A stretch of 64,000 bases of DNA from Marsupella aquatica. Its lineage: Eukaryota > Plantae > Marchantiophyta. Positions 12,011-24,866 of this stretch are shown here, piece after piece (within the stretch, counting starts at the first letter, position 1; every line of letters begins with the position of its first letter). The translations under genes were made by a program, and so were the position numbers. Location: the NCBI GenBank assembly GCA_973895155.1, contig OZ316899.1, positions 14,387,934 through 14,451,933 on the forward strand, given 5' to 3'. The notes under the pieces are model-generated. The model saw only the letters and a program-made list of their open reading frames with translations. It was not told the origin of the DNA and searched no databases.

Positions 12011-13431
12011 TGCGCGATGATGCTATGTTGAGCTGCATTGGGTTGGGAAACTCAGGTTTGAGTCAATGGGAATCACTAGGCCAGTTAAAATGGCAAAACC
12101 AGGAGTGTACCCTGAAAACACATTAGTATAGTAACAAAACAAGGAAAATATAAACAATTAAGGGTGACTATGGAACCCAAGCCGAGGCCGGAAGTAAGGA
12201 CGCCACGGTAGGGAACGTGATTAGGGTTAGGGCGCGCTAAGTGCCGGCGGCTATGGGTAACCAACGGGAAGGGAGACCAGGCAAGGGGGGGTAAGGACCG
12301 ATCACAAGGAATGGCGGCTCATTTGCCAGCACAAACCAAGCAGAGGATTGCGAGAAGCCAACTACTGTGAGCTGCTTAGGCAAGCACTCTGGGCGGGAGC
12401 AGATACCGAGTATCAACTCAAGGAGGGCATGAGCAATGTCAATCAAGCTGCTCATTTTTGGGGATGCCTGTTCAAACGGGCAACTGAGTACATTGGGACC
12501 TACAAGGACAAAGAATTGGAAAGGGTAGCACAAGAACGGCAGGAGCTCGCTCAACTGTGGGAACTGCAGAAGTCTGTCTTCCTTGGAAGGGAGCTCATCA
12601 AGGCCGAGTTCTTGTGGACTCCTACTGCCAATCAACTCAACAAAGTTCTGTTTTGTGAGCACAGAATCGTTGGCATCCGAGAAGTCATCAACCGCTGCAA
12701 CAACGTACATTGGGACCTAAAGGGTAGCACGGAGGTGTGGACAAAGGCAACCATGCTCGGAGAAACATCCACAGCAGCCACCATGAAGAGGAAAGGGCCC
12801 AACAATGAAGAGGCCACCCCCGCAAAGAGAACGAGGTCGGCGGCACCAAGAAAGCAAGGGAGGAGGAGGCAGGGGGAAGCCAAAGAAGAGGAGGTTGACC
12901 CAATCAATGCCATTCCAATGAGGGATGACACTTGGAGGGGCTGGGCGTCGACCCTCCCAGAGGAAGTGCAATTATACTTTGCACGAGAGGAGGATGTATG
13001 CTTTACAGCTATGCAGACTTGGAAGTACCAGGGCTTCATGGCCGGATCCGGCTTGGAAGCCTTCGTGAAATTACCGTGGCTGAAGCCGGAGGTGCCGGAT
13101 TTTGACTTATTGGAAGGGAGACAAATTCCACAAGGGTGTATGGGAAGGATTTCTATCTCACTCCCTAGGTGATTGCTGAAGTGTTTGGCTTGCCGATGGG
13201 CAATAAGACCAAAGTAGATACCCGGAAGACCTTACCAGACAAGGAGTTTAGATTGTTCCTAGGGCCATCAACAAAAAATGGCTTCTTTCGGAACACCTGC
13301 ACCAACCCGCACATTGGTGAGATGATCGATTTCTTGCGGGTAACCATGCACTGCAACTTGCCGAGACCAAAGATCGACAAGGCACAGGTCTACCTAGTGG
13401 AGAGGCGAGACCCAAGCCGGGACTACAATGG

Positions 13432-14316
13432 TGTCGTGCCAAAAGATTTTGGCTCAAGAATGGCTTTCATAGGGAATGATGGGCAAGGCCTCCCGGTTGG
13501 GTTGCGTGCTTGCTGACTCGGAGGGACTGCTTGGTTGGATGGATTGAGGTTTGGTGATTGGGTGACTCGTTGGCACCAGGTTTGGTGTTTGGGTGAGTCA
13601 CCAGACTTGGAGTTTGGATGAGCCTCGCTGATGGCAGTTGGCTCAGGCTGGATGGTTGGGTTTCCGATGCTACTTAAGACTTGAGCCTCGGCTCATTGAG
13701 GTTGGCGGTTGTCTATTGAGATCTGTTGAGTTTCGTTCTATGAGTTCCGCTCCGTTCTGCGGAACTCGACTGTTGTGCGGTGGTTTTGGAGTTCTATGCG
13801 AGTGTTGGATCTAGGTGTGGAGTTTTTGATCTAGGCGGGGATTTCTCAATTTTGGAGCCTCGTCGATCCAGGCGGGGATTTCTCAAGTTTGGAGCCTTGT
13901 TGATCTAGGCAGGGATTTCTCAACTTTGGAGCCTCGTCAATCCAGGCGGGGATTTCTTGAGTTTGGAGCCTCGTTGGTCCAGGCCCGAGTTTTGTGAGAG
14001 TTGTTTTAAACTAGTGGAGTAGCTAGTCAAGTTTTGGTTTTGTGAGCTAAGGAGGAGAGTTTTTCCGTCAGATTTTGAGTAGATAGTCACTCGAGGAGTT
14101 TAGCTCGACAAGTTAGAGGTAGCGGCCCGCCGTAGGGCCAGCTACCAGACTCTTGCAAGCAAGCTTACTCGAGGGCACCCATTGTAACCTTTGTGAGAAA
14201 AGTAAAAAAAATAAAGGAGTGAGAGTTCGCTCTAAAAAGTGCTTGTCGCCTGTCCCAATTGCAGCCAAAAACGCGCAGTTTGCCCAAGGAGCCCCTAACT
14301 TTAAGTCCTCGCGACA
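13432..14316 (+). mobile_element. Solo LTR (family A, 885 bp) with 4-bp TSD
   Basis: TGTCG...CGACA ends; flanks ATGG/ACGG; removal restores GACTACAACGGGTACC as seen near 25554; homologous to the LTR at 19120-19874. Confidence 0.9.
13828..13984. repeat. 37-bp tandem repeat (about 4 copies) within the solo LTR
   Basis: GATCTAGGCGGGGATTTCTC... at 13828, 13865, 13902 and 13939; present only about once in the 19120 LTR. Confidence 0.9.
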
Positions 14317-16120
14317 ACGGGTACCTCCTCACCCAACTAAAGAAGATCTTGAAGGAGGAACAATAGGTGATTGGCCAGGGTGCAAGTGTTTAGGCCGAGG
14401 ACGGAAAACTTGCCGATGCAGCAACCAGGCATGCAGAATCTTCTAAAATTGCTGGAGAAGGAAAAGAAGGTTGCAGCGGCAACGGCACCGGCACCGGTAC
14501 AGGACACTACTCAAGAGGCAGGCCTAAGCCGACTCACAAGGGAAAACCCCTTTACTAGAGCCAAGAAAAGAAGGAGGCTGGAGCACGAGCCGGGGGTTTG
14601 GATGTATGTGGGAGCCGCGAGACCAAAAACTGATGGAGAGCAGCCCAAGCTCCTGGCCGCGATAAAAAGAAGGAAGGACAGCGTGGAAGCCGGAGGAGGA
14701 ACCAGGACCCGTGAGCTGTGTTTGGCAAGAGGCCGCGTTCGCAACAAGATCAAGAGAGGAGCGGGGGGAGCCGGTAGTCCAAGCCGAGAGGGAGGTGGTG
14801 GAGGACTACGGCAATGACGACTCCGGCTACGGGTCGGACCATCATGTCCCAGGAGTGAGGACATGTGGCCACTTCATCCCCACGCTTCCTAGAGTAGTTC
14901 GAGGGGACCCCAACCAGCAGAGCAGCCCTGAGTCTCCCCCACCAGATGTCACTCCCTCGAGATTGGACGGGATAAAATAGACGGCACGAGAGTTGCAGGA
15001 GAGACTCAAGGAACAAGAGGAGGCAACCCTGGCCAAGGAGAAGGATTTACCTAGGGGAGAATGGCCAGAGGACATCCGGCGGCTTGCAGAAAAACAAAGC
15101 AGCCCTCCACCCATGTTAGAGGAGATCCAAAAGGTGGCTTGGAAACAAAGGCCACGGTGGGTGATGCCGATGACTACTACTCACTCCACATATGCGCAAG
15201 ATAGAGCCATGGAGTATGGGGAGATGTGTGGGGAACTTGCACTCAACATCTTTGGGGAGGAGTTGGAGCAGGGACCTTTTTTCTAGAGGGAGATGTTGGA
15301 AAAAAGCCAATTGGAGGAAATGGTGGCTTTGGAGAGGATGAAGAAGGACGCGGTCATCCGCCGGCTTAGGGAGAAGGAAGCCAAGGCAGAAGACCTGAAG
15401 GCGGCCAAGAAATCCCAAGATGAGCTGCGGATTAAGAGGCATGAGCTCAACATCATGCAGGGGGAACTGGATACGGCTCAGTTGGATAACCAGATTATCA
15501 AGGATAAACTGACTCGGACCCAAGGGGAGTTGGCCGACGCGGCCAAGGAAAAGGAGAAATGGAAGCGGGAGCTGAAGGACGCAAAGGAGGCTCACATAGA
15601 AACCAACAATCGGGCCATGGTGGAAACACAAAGGAAGGAGAGGGCACTGAAGGGGGAGCTCAAGGATCTCCGCGGAGCCCTTGAGCAGAAGGAGGCCGAG
15701 AAATCCTATCAAGGGATTATTGTGCTACAACAGGAGCTTGCATCCCTGGCGGCCAGCTTCAAGGCCGACCTGCGTGAGAAGGACGATATGCTCGATCAGA
15801 CTTACGCCAAGATGAACCAGATGGAGTCTGAGGTCGTCCAAGAGCTTGACAAGGAGATGAGAGCAACCCATGAAGAGAGGGCTACCTTACAGAAGGAATT
15901 GGAGGAAACACAGAAGGAGCTAGAGAAGGCGCGCGGGGACCTGGACAAAACGCAGGAGGAGTTGGAGGAAAGCACGTGGAAGCTGGAGAACTTACAACGG
16001 CGGGCCAACAACCAAACGGAGCGGCTGGAGAAACAAGCCGCAATGTTTAAGTGCTTGGCCTCATCAGTTCAATCTCCAATTGTGGCAACAAGGTTTCCAG
16101 GGGTAGTACTGGCCGAGGGA

Positions 16121-19096
16121 AGGCTCTTGAATCTGCCTCTTCAAGTTGTGATGGATCCCTCGATTATCAACATACTCCTGAACATCCCAATACAAATCTG
16201 GCCACCAATAATCCTTCCGGATCTGCTCAAAGACCTTTGCTTGTATTCCTTTCGAGCCCCCTTTGACCTCAGCATCATAGACTTCCTCCAAAATCCAATT
16301 CTGGTCATCCTTAGAATCAACAACTCTCATTGGTACCAGCATGGGGCCCTTAGGTTTCTGCCAAAGATAGCCCCCTCTAAGAATGAACTTATCAGAATTC
16401 ACTCGAATGCCTTCAAAATCTTCACCATCCCATTTCAGCCGCTTCCCAAAGTCACTTAGATACTTCCCAATGTCCAATAGCTCTCCTGAGTAACACTCTT
16501 CCTTGAACACTAGACCCCCCATCTTTTGGTCATCAATTGGCTCCCCTTTGAACTCTACTCTTAGATCCATCTCAATGGCTCGGTTCTCCCCCATAGCAAT
16601 GCCAACTTCTGCCGTTGGATCTCGTAGCTGCTTTTGGTTCCTCTCATTTCCAGGTAGAACAGCCGGAAACTGAACCACCTCCTTGTCATCTTTGCCTCAA
16701 ACCTTCACCATGAAGGTAGTATATATCGTCGAGAACTTTTGTCTCCATCCTCCATTCAGTAATGAACGGCATGCCCAGTATCACCGGAAACGACAAGTGC
16801 TCGTGAACAAAAGTGTTACAAGCCTGCTTGACATTCCCAAACTTCACCATCATATTTGGACATCCGCCCCAAAGATAGTCCTTCATCAAACTCACCGAAT
16901 TCACACTCCAAAGTAACTCATTATCCACCAGCCAATTCCCCTTTTGAAACACCTTTGGATCCATCAAGTTGATCTCCAAGCCAGTATCAATGAGCGTCCG
17001 CACTTTCCCTTCCATTCCTTCCAGCTAACACTCGCTCTCCGGACTTGCTCAAGCTCAGTATCCATCTCGGTAAGCATAACCGTTCCCTTTCATTAAGCCC
17101 ATGACATGAATGGTCCTCAATTGCACAGTAATGCCTTCTCGCTCTTTCACTTCAACCGGTTCCCTATTTGCTGCAAACTCAGCTTCGCTTCCGGTTCCCA
17201 TGAGCTCCTCTTCTGCATCAAAGAATTCATTGTCCAAGTCCACTAGCTCCTCTTCCACATCGAAGAACTCATTGTCCAAGTCCATTAGCTCTGAACAAGC
17301 ACTGATGAACTCATCACAATCCATGAGCTCCCCTCCAAGGGACTTGACCCTCTTTGGCTTCCCCAAGTTTGACTCTTCGGGGCCAGCAAGCTCTCTTCCT
17401 GAACCCATGGACACCCCAATAGTGTAGGTTTGGAAACTCCCTATTTCTGTCTCGCCAACCTCCCCCATCAAGGTGTGAGGGCCCTCTTTGTAAATCCATT
17501 TCCTCTTGGATCTCTCCAAGATCGCTTCCTGGATCTCCCGCCTCATACTGCCAAAGAACTTGGCATTGGTAAACCCTTGAGCCTGTTGGCTCCAGAATTT
17601 CTCAACGACAACCTCCGGGTACATAGCCTGGTCAACATCCCTGCCAAGTACCCATCCCAAATCCTTTTTGATCGGTTTCCCTTTTTCCGGCTCTTTCTCA
17701 CTCATTTCCTCATCTTTGAACCTGACCCTCCTTTCCTTGTCTCGCGTATCCCGCCTCTCTCGTTCCCCTGATTGAGATGGAGTGTCATCCTCGTTGGTCT
17801 TCTTCCTTTTTGACTCAATCAAGGCATCCCAACTAGCCCCAACCTCAACAGTTATTGCATTGATCAGCACTAGATCACTCCATCCGGATCTCTCTCGCAC
17901 CAGATCCACCAAGCGCTTGTAAAACTTATCCGTTTCCGTCATGGGGCCATCCAACTCCATGTTGTAAACATTCACTTCCAGGTGCAAAGAGGACGCCTCT
18001 TCAACTTGCTTCCCAACTTGCTTCTCGGCCAAAGCCTTCATGCCTCCCTTATTGGATTGAATGGAATCGGCTCCTCAGTATCGGCAGACGATATCTTCTT
18101 CTGACCAACTTCACCGATGAACTTGATCAGCCCTTTATCTGCAGCTTCCCTCAGGTCCAGGCACTCTTGCTTGTCATGCTCTTTGCTATCGCACCATATG
18201 CATGGCCAACTCTGCATCTCTCGCTTCCTCTTGGGAGCACTTGCAACCCTTGGTTTTGGATTCTCAACCGCATGTGCCGCCAAAATCTTTAGGTTTTGCA
18301 TCATTTCCGTGAGATCATCCACCGCTGGTTTGATCTCATCCCTCGCTGGTTCTCGCTTCCCTTTCCTCAACATCGGTTTTGGTGGCCTTAGGTCGAGAGT
18401 GGTAGCCTCCTTGTCCAGCTCTCGCCTCCGGTGTCGATTGCTCACTTTCAACACTGCTTTCTCAACTTGGTTCCAATCGTTTGACAAGGTAACTCTCAAA
18501 GGTTCCAACAGCTCCATTGCGTTCACAAGCTCCTCTCAAAGGTCCTCATCAGCTGCCTTCAAGAAGAGTGTTGAGCGCTGCAACTTGATGATCCCCACAT
18601 CCCTCTTTAGTAATTGAGACACCCTTCTCTTGAACTCCCTCAGAAGCTCTTGCGGCCCCTTCAGCTTCTTGTTCCTGTCATTCGCCCAATCCAAGAAGGT
18701 AGCTTGGGTGACCCGATTAGCATCCTCCGCTTGAAACTCCTCTTTCATCTTATGGTCGCAGTCATCCCAGCCCTTAGCTGACTCAATGATGGTTTGCACC
18801 ATCAAACTCAACTCCTTCTCAACCAACACCATGAACTCTTTCACTGCCGTCCCTTTGTTCAACTTGTAGACAGCTACCTCTGTCAAGTAAGACTTAAGGT
18901 AGCTTGTCACATTTCTCCCATGGAACTGCCCATTCTCCTTCAAAACCTCTTGGAGACACCGAGTAGTTCTATTCGCTTCCTCGTTCGCCCTTTCCGCCTC
19001 AAGCTCTTCCTTCCATATGGCTCTCATCATTGACATGACGATGCTCAAAATTCGATCAACTTTGTCATAGTCACCCATCTTGTCCAATTGCCCCAA
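16121..19096 (-). pseudogene. gag, aspartic protease and integrase N-terminal remnant; no RT or RNase H
   Basis: Gag FHGRNVTSYL; zinc knuckle CIWCDSKEHDKQEC; protease LIDTGLEINLM...VILGMPF; integrase Zn-region-like KDYWWPDLYWDVQEYV. Confidence 0.75.
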
Positions 19097-19100
19097 GGAA

Positions 19101-19118
19101 TCCCCAGTATGGTCGCCA
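19101..19118 (-). promoter_or_regulatory. Primer binding site, tRNA-Arg type
   Basis: Minus strand reads TGGCGACCATACTGGGGA one base after the LTR terminal CA; resembles Arg-type PBS of non-chromovirus gypsy elements. Confidence 0.7.
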
Positions 19119-20178
19119 ATGTCACGAGGACAAGAAGTTAAGGGCTCCTCGGGTAAACTGCGCGTTTTTGGCTGCGACTAGGACAGGCGACAAGCACTTT
19201 TTGGAGCAAACTCTCACTCCTTTATTTTGTTTACTTTCCTCTCAATGGTACAATGGGTGCCCTCAAGTAAGCTTGCTTGCAAGAGTTTGGTAGCTGGCCC
19301 TACGGCGGGCCGCTACCTCTAACTTGTCAAGCTCAACTCCTCAAGTGGCTATCTACTCAAAATCTGACAGAAAAACTCTCCTCCTTAGCTCACAAACTCC
19401 AAAACTTGACTAGCTACTCAACTAGTCCTAACCTAGCTCACAAGAAACTTGAGCCTGGACCAACAAGCCTCCAAGCTCAAGAACCAACACCGGATCCAAC
19501 ACTTGCACAGAACACCAAAACTTCTGCACAACAGCCGAATTCTGCAGAACGCAACGGAACTCATAGAACGGAATATAACAGAATTCAATAGCCAATTATA
19601 GAGAACCCCAATGAGCCAAATCTCAAGGCTTAAATAGCTTTCGAAACCAACCTTCCAGCCTGAGCCAACTGCCATCAGCGGGGCTCATCCAAACTCCAAG
19701 CTTGGTGACTCACCCAAACACCGAACCTGGTGACAACGAGTCACCCAAACATCAAACCTCAACCCATCCAACCAAGCAATCTTTCCGAGTCAGCATGCAC
19801 ACAACTGAACAGGGACGCCTCGCCCATCAGCCCCTATAAAAGCCGTTCTCAAGCCAAAATCTTTCAGCACGACAATGTCAATCAAGCTGCTCATTTCTGG
19901 GGATGCCTGTTCGAACGGGCAACTGAATACTTTGGGACCTACAAGGACAAAGACTTGGAAAGGGTAGCACAAGAACATCAGGAGCTCGCTCGACTGTAGG
20001 AACTACAGAAGTCTGCCTTCCTTGGAGGGGAGCTCATCAAGGCCGAGTTCTTGTGGACTCCTACTGCCAATCAACTCGGCAACCTTCTGTTTTGTGAGAA
20101 CAAAATCATCGGCATCTGGGAAGCCATCAACCATTGCAATGACGTACATTGGGACCTAAAGGGTAGCATGGAGGTGTG

Positions 20179-23100
20179 TGTGGTGCGTCCCATGGCTCCC
20201 TAAACCCCAGAAACCCCCCTTCACAAGCCAATTCCCGCAGGTTTCGCGCTTGGCGAGGCCGTTTTCGCGGCTTAGTGGCATGGGACGCTGCTAACCTCCT
20301 TCTACTAATACTATTAACATCTTACACACATATACTGGACAGATCCTTCATTGGGTCATGAGATACGTAGCCGGCCTAATCTAGGCCTTCCCGTGTCTTC
20401 CCCTCCTTCTTGTTAGGTATATTTGGATTCCGCCGCCGGAATGATCCCCAATAGGCTTGGTTAAGCCGCTAAGACCTCTCTCAGCTCGACACATCCAACT
20501 CTCACTCCCTTGCTTACTTTCCTTCATCTATTAGTTGATGTGGGCACTCTTCACACAAGTTAATGCGACACACAAATAGCAAAATGACTCCTTCTGACTG
20601 AGTCATACCATGCACTTGATGCCATACAAACAGTACATCTCATACACAAGCTCTACGAACTAAGCCGTGAGGCCAACTCTATTCAGCTTTTAGGCATGAG
20701 GAAACATGAATATACACAAGGGTCACTGTATGACTAACCAAGAGCTTTTCTTACTACTTGATCCCAGCCCAGCTGGTGCAACTAAAAACTTGCTAAAGAA
20801 GAGGCCCTGAGCTCCCCGCTGCCCAGGTACTTATCCTGGTAGTGGATCCGCCTAATTCTTTGCAGCGTAAGCCTAATCTACCTAACTGAATCTACCTATG
20901 TGCAACGAGGCAGGAGTACAAGTGTTGCTCTTACCAGTGGAACCGCAATCCCACTAAGCTAAGTGTTAGGGCCGCCTCCTGGTCCTGATCCTAATCCTAA
21001 ACTTAGAGATCTGAGCCCGCCCTGCCCACTCTCGCCTCCTCCCTCCATGTCCGCCCTTCTTGAAAGGAGCGGCCCTCCACCACCGTCATGGCAGCGGTGT
21101 CTGTTCCTCAGTGGACGCCCCCAATGCTTCCTCCTCAGCCACTACCGTAGGTTCATTCTCTGACAGATTACCTGTCCTTGACTGAGTCAACTCTCCATCG
21201 GCCTGACTGGGTCCACCCCCGGCATCGGCTTCAACATCAGCCTCGGCTACGGCCTCAGCCTCGGCTTCATTACCGAGTATCCTGGCCTCGGCTTTGTCAT
21301 CCCCTTCTTCTAGGGTAGTTGGAGCCTCTGTCGTAATCCTGCCCGAGGTCGGTGCTGGGTTTACCTCCATGGTCACCATGGCCTGTGGAGCCGTATTACT
21401 CCTTGACCCTGAAGGTTTCCGTTTCTTCTTCTTTTCTGGTTCGGCAGCTGGCCCCTTCCCCTTCTCACTTACTTCTGGCACTGGTGCAAATGGCGCGGTT
21501 TGTCCTTCGGCCAGTACCACTCCTGGTAACTTAGTGGCCTCAATTTGACTTGGCCCTGATGAGGCCAAGCACTTAAATACTGCGGCTTGTTTCTTCAGCC
21601 GCTCCGTTTGGTTGTCGGCTCGTCGTTGTAAGTTCTCTAGCTTCCGCGTGCTTTCCTCCAACTCCTCCTGCACTTCGTCCAGGTCCTTGCGCGCCTCCTC
21701 CAGCTCCTTCTGGGCTTCCTCCAATTCCTTTTTAAACGCAGCTCTCTCCTCCTGGGTCGCTCTTAACTCCTTGTCGAGCTCTGCAATGATGACAGACTCC
21801 ATCTGGTTCATCTTGGCGTAAGTTTGATCGAGCATATTGTCCTTCTCACGCAGGTCGGCTTTGAAACTGGCCGTCAGGGACGCAATCTCCTGCTGCAGCG
21901 CAATAATCCCTTGATAGGATTTCCCTAACTCGGCCTCCTTCTTCTCAAGGGCTCCGTGGATAACCTCGAGCTCCCCCTTCAATGCCCTTTCCCTTCTCTG
22001 GGTCTCCGCCATGGCCCGGTTGTTGGCCGTTATGTGGGCCTCCTCTGCATCCCTCAGCTCTCGCTTCCACTTCTCCCGCTCCTTGATCGCATCGGCCAAC
22101 TCTCCTTGGGTTCGAGTTAGTTTATTCTCGATAATCCGATTATCAGACTGTGCGGTATCCAATTGGCCCTGCATGATATTTAGCTCATGCCGCTTAATCC
22201 ACAACTCATCTTGGGCTTTCTTGGCCGCCCTCAGGTCTTTGATTTCGGCTTCTCTTGCCCTAAGCCGACGGATGACCTCGTCCTTCTTGCTTCTTTCCAA
22301 AGCCACCGCTTCTTCTAATTGGCGCTTCTCCAACATCTCCCTCTGGAAAAAGGGTCCTTGCTCCAACTCCTCCCCAAAGATGCTGAGCGCCATCTCTCCA
22401 CACATTTCCCCGGCTCTATCCTTAGCATAGGTGGAGTAACTAGAAGTCATCGGCATCAACCACCGCGGCCTCTGCTCCCAAGCCGTCTTGCGGATTTCTT
22501 CTACGATGGCAAGAGGGTTGCTTCATTTTTCTGCAAGCCGCCTGATGTCCTCTGGCCATTCTCCTCCTGGTAAATCCTTTTCCCTAGCCAGGGCTGCCTC
22601 CTCTTCCTCCCTGATTCGTTCCTGAAATTCCTGCGCCATCTATTTTATGTCGTCAAAGCTCGGGGGAGCGACATCTGGTGGGGGAGACTCGGGGCTGCTC
22701 TGCTGGCTTGGGTCTCCTCGAACTACTCTTGGGAGCGTGGGGATGAACCGGCCACAGGTCCTTACTCCTGGAACATGATGATCCGACCCGTAGCCGGAGT
22801 CATCATTGCTGTAGTCCTCTACCGCCTCCTCCTCGGCTTGGACTACCGGCTTCTCCCGCTATTCTCCTGGTTTTGTCGTGAACACGGCTTCACCTCTCAC
22901 CGGTCTTGGTTCCTCCTCCGGCTTCCGTGTTGATCTCTTGTTCTCCTTGTCGTGACCGGGAGCTACGGCCTGCTTTTCCTCGGCTTTGGGACTTGAGGCT
23001 CCTACATACATCCGGACTCCCGGCTCGTGTTTCGGCCTCCCTCTCTCCTTGACTCCAGTAAAGGGGTTTTCCCTTGTAAGCCGGCTTAGGTCGGCTTCTG

Positions 23101-24866
23101 GGGCAGCGTCCTGTATTGGTGCCGTTGTTGTTGCCGTTGCCGGAACCGTTCTCCTTTCCTTCTCCAGCAATTTCAGCAGATTCTGCATGCCTGGTTGCTG
23201 CATCGGCATGTCTTCTTTCCTTGGTCTAAACACCTGCTCGATCGTTGGACTGTCGGGCTGGTTGGGCTTCTCTGGTGCCGGCCTCTGCTCTGGGACCTCC
23301 TCCGGTGCTCTTGCCGATAGGGGAAGTACTGGGGCAAAGATTTGACTTCTGGTATACCGGCACAACAACGGCATGTGATAGCCAAGCCGGGACACGCTTC
23401 CCATGCCGATCACCTACTGTTCCTCCTTCAAGATCTTCTTCAGTTGGTTGAGGAGGTACCCGTTGTAATCTCGGCTTGGGTCTGGCCTTTCTGCCAGGTA
23501 GACCTGAGCCTTGCCGATCTCTGCCCTCGGCAAGTTACAGTGCATGGTCACCCGCAAGAAATCGATCATCTCTCCGATGTGCGGGTTGGTGCAGGTGTTC
23601 CGGAAGAAGCCATTCTTTGTTGATGGTCCTGGGAACGACCGAAACTCCTTGTCAGGTAAGGTCTTCCTGGTATCAACCTTGGTCTTATTACCCATCGACA
23701 AGCCAAACACTTCAGCAATCACCCGGGGAGTGAGATAGAAATCCTTCCCATACACCCTCGTGGAATTGGTCTCGGGTTCCCACGATCCCATGAATTCTAA
23801 CAAGTCTGAGTCCGGCACCTCCGGCTTCAGCCATGGTAATCTTACGAAGGCTTCCAAGCCGGATCCGGCCATGAAGCCTTGGTACTTCTTGGTCTGCATG
23901 GCTGTAAAGCATGCATCCCCCTCTCGTGCAAAGTGTAATTGCACTTCCTCCGGTAGGGTCGCCGCCCAGCCTTTCCAGGTGTCATCGTTTGTTGGAATGG
24001 CATTGATGGGGTCGACCTCCTCCTCCTCGGCTTCTCTTTGCCTCCTGCTCTGTTGTTCTGCTGGCTTCTTTGGTGCCGCCGACCGCGTTCTTTTTGCCGG
24101 GGTGGCCTCTTTGTTGTTGTTCCCCTTCCTCTTCATCTCGGCTGTCGTGGATGTCTCTCCTAGCACGGTTGCCTTTGTCCACCCCTCCGTGCTACCCTTC
24201 AACTCCCAGTGTATGTCGTTGCAGCGTTTGATGGCTTCTCGGATGCCGACGACTCTGTCTTCGCAAAACAGCAGGTCGTCTAGCTCGTTGCCAGTAGGCG
24301 TCCATAGGAATTCAGCCTTGATGAGTTCTCCTCCTAAGAAGGCAGCTTTCTGCAGCTCCCACAATCGGGCGAGCTCCTGCCATTCTCGAGCTGCTCTCTC
24401 TGATTCTGCGTCCTCGTAAGTCCCAATGTACTCAGTTGCCCGTTTGAATAGGCATCCCCAAAAATGTGCCGCTTGATTGACGTTGCTCATACCCTTCTTG
24501 AGTTGATAGTCGGTATCTGTTCCCACCCTGAGCGCTTGCCTAAGCATTTGACAGTAGTTGGCCGCCCGTAGTCGCCTGCTCAGTTCGTGCTTGCAAATGA
24601 GCTACTATTCCTTGCGAGCAGTCCTTACCCCTCTCCTCCTCTGGTTCTCCCTCCTATTGGTTACCCCTAGCCGCCGACACTTAACGTGCCCTAACCCTAA
24701 TCATGTTCTCTCCCCTAGCGTCCTTACTTCCGGCCTCGGTTCGGGTTCCATAGTCACCCTTAATTGTTTATATTTTCCTTATTTATGTAACTATACTAAG
24801 GTGTTTCTAGGGTACACTTCCCTTTTCCCCTTAAACTAGCCCAGTGATTCCTGGCTTGGCATCATA
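20179..24866 (-). mobile_element. Complete 4,688-bp ORF-containing LTR-like unit (copy 3) with 5-bp TSD GTGTG
   Basis: Ends TGTGGTGC...GCATCATA (imperfect inverted); TSD at 20174-20178 and 24867-24871; no internal direct repeats, gag or pol seen. Confidence 0.85.
20960..24751 (-). pseudogene. ~1,200-codon accessory protein: plant-transposon-like domain plus long coiled coil
   Basis: ORFs 23414-24547, 22859-23413 and 21086-22459 are in one frame with the ATG at 24751, broken by point stops. Motif LLEFMGSW...VYGKDFYLTPRVIAEVFGL...KNGFF; heptad E/K/L-rich C-terminal half. The 3' end near 20960 is inferred across a frameshift. Confidence 0.75.

Larger units (their letters stand above)
12069..16120 (+). 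mobile_element. ORF-containing LTR-like unit, copy 1 (3'-truncated, interrupted by a solo LTR)
   Basis: Colinear with the reverse complement of ~21500-24850; ORF pieces 12348-13172, 13169-13430, 14320-16120 (NVNQAAHFWGCLFKRATEY... coiled coil). Confidence 0.8.
16121..19874 (-). mobile_element. Ty3/gypsy element (family A): 5' LTR 19120-19874, PBS, gag-protease, integrase remnant; 3' part lost
   Basis: LTR with TG...CA ends, PBS immediately inside, gag and protease motifs downstream. Confidence 0.85.

Noticed and set aside
15293-16459. 388-aa ORF as an SMC/myosin-like host gene with a hydrophobic tail
   Set aside because: It is chimeric: the coiled coil belongs to the repeated unit and sequence after ~16120 is antisense gypsy integrase.
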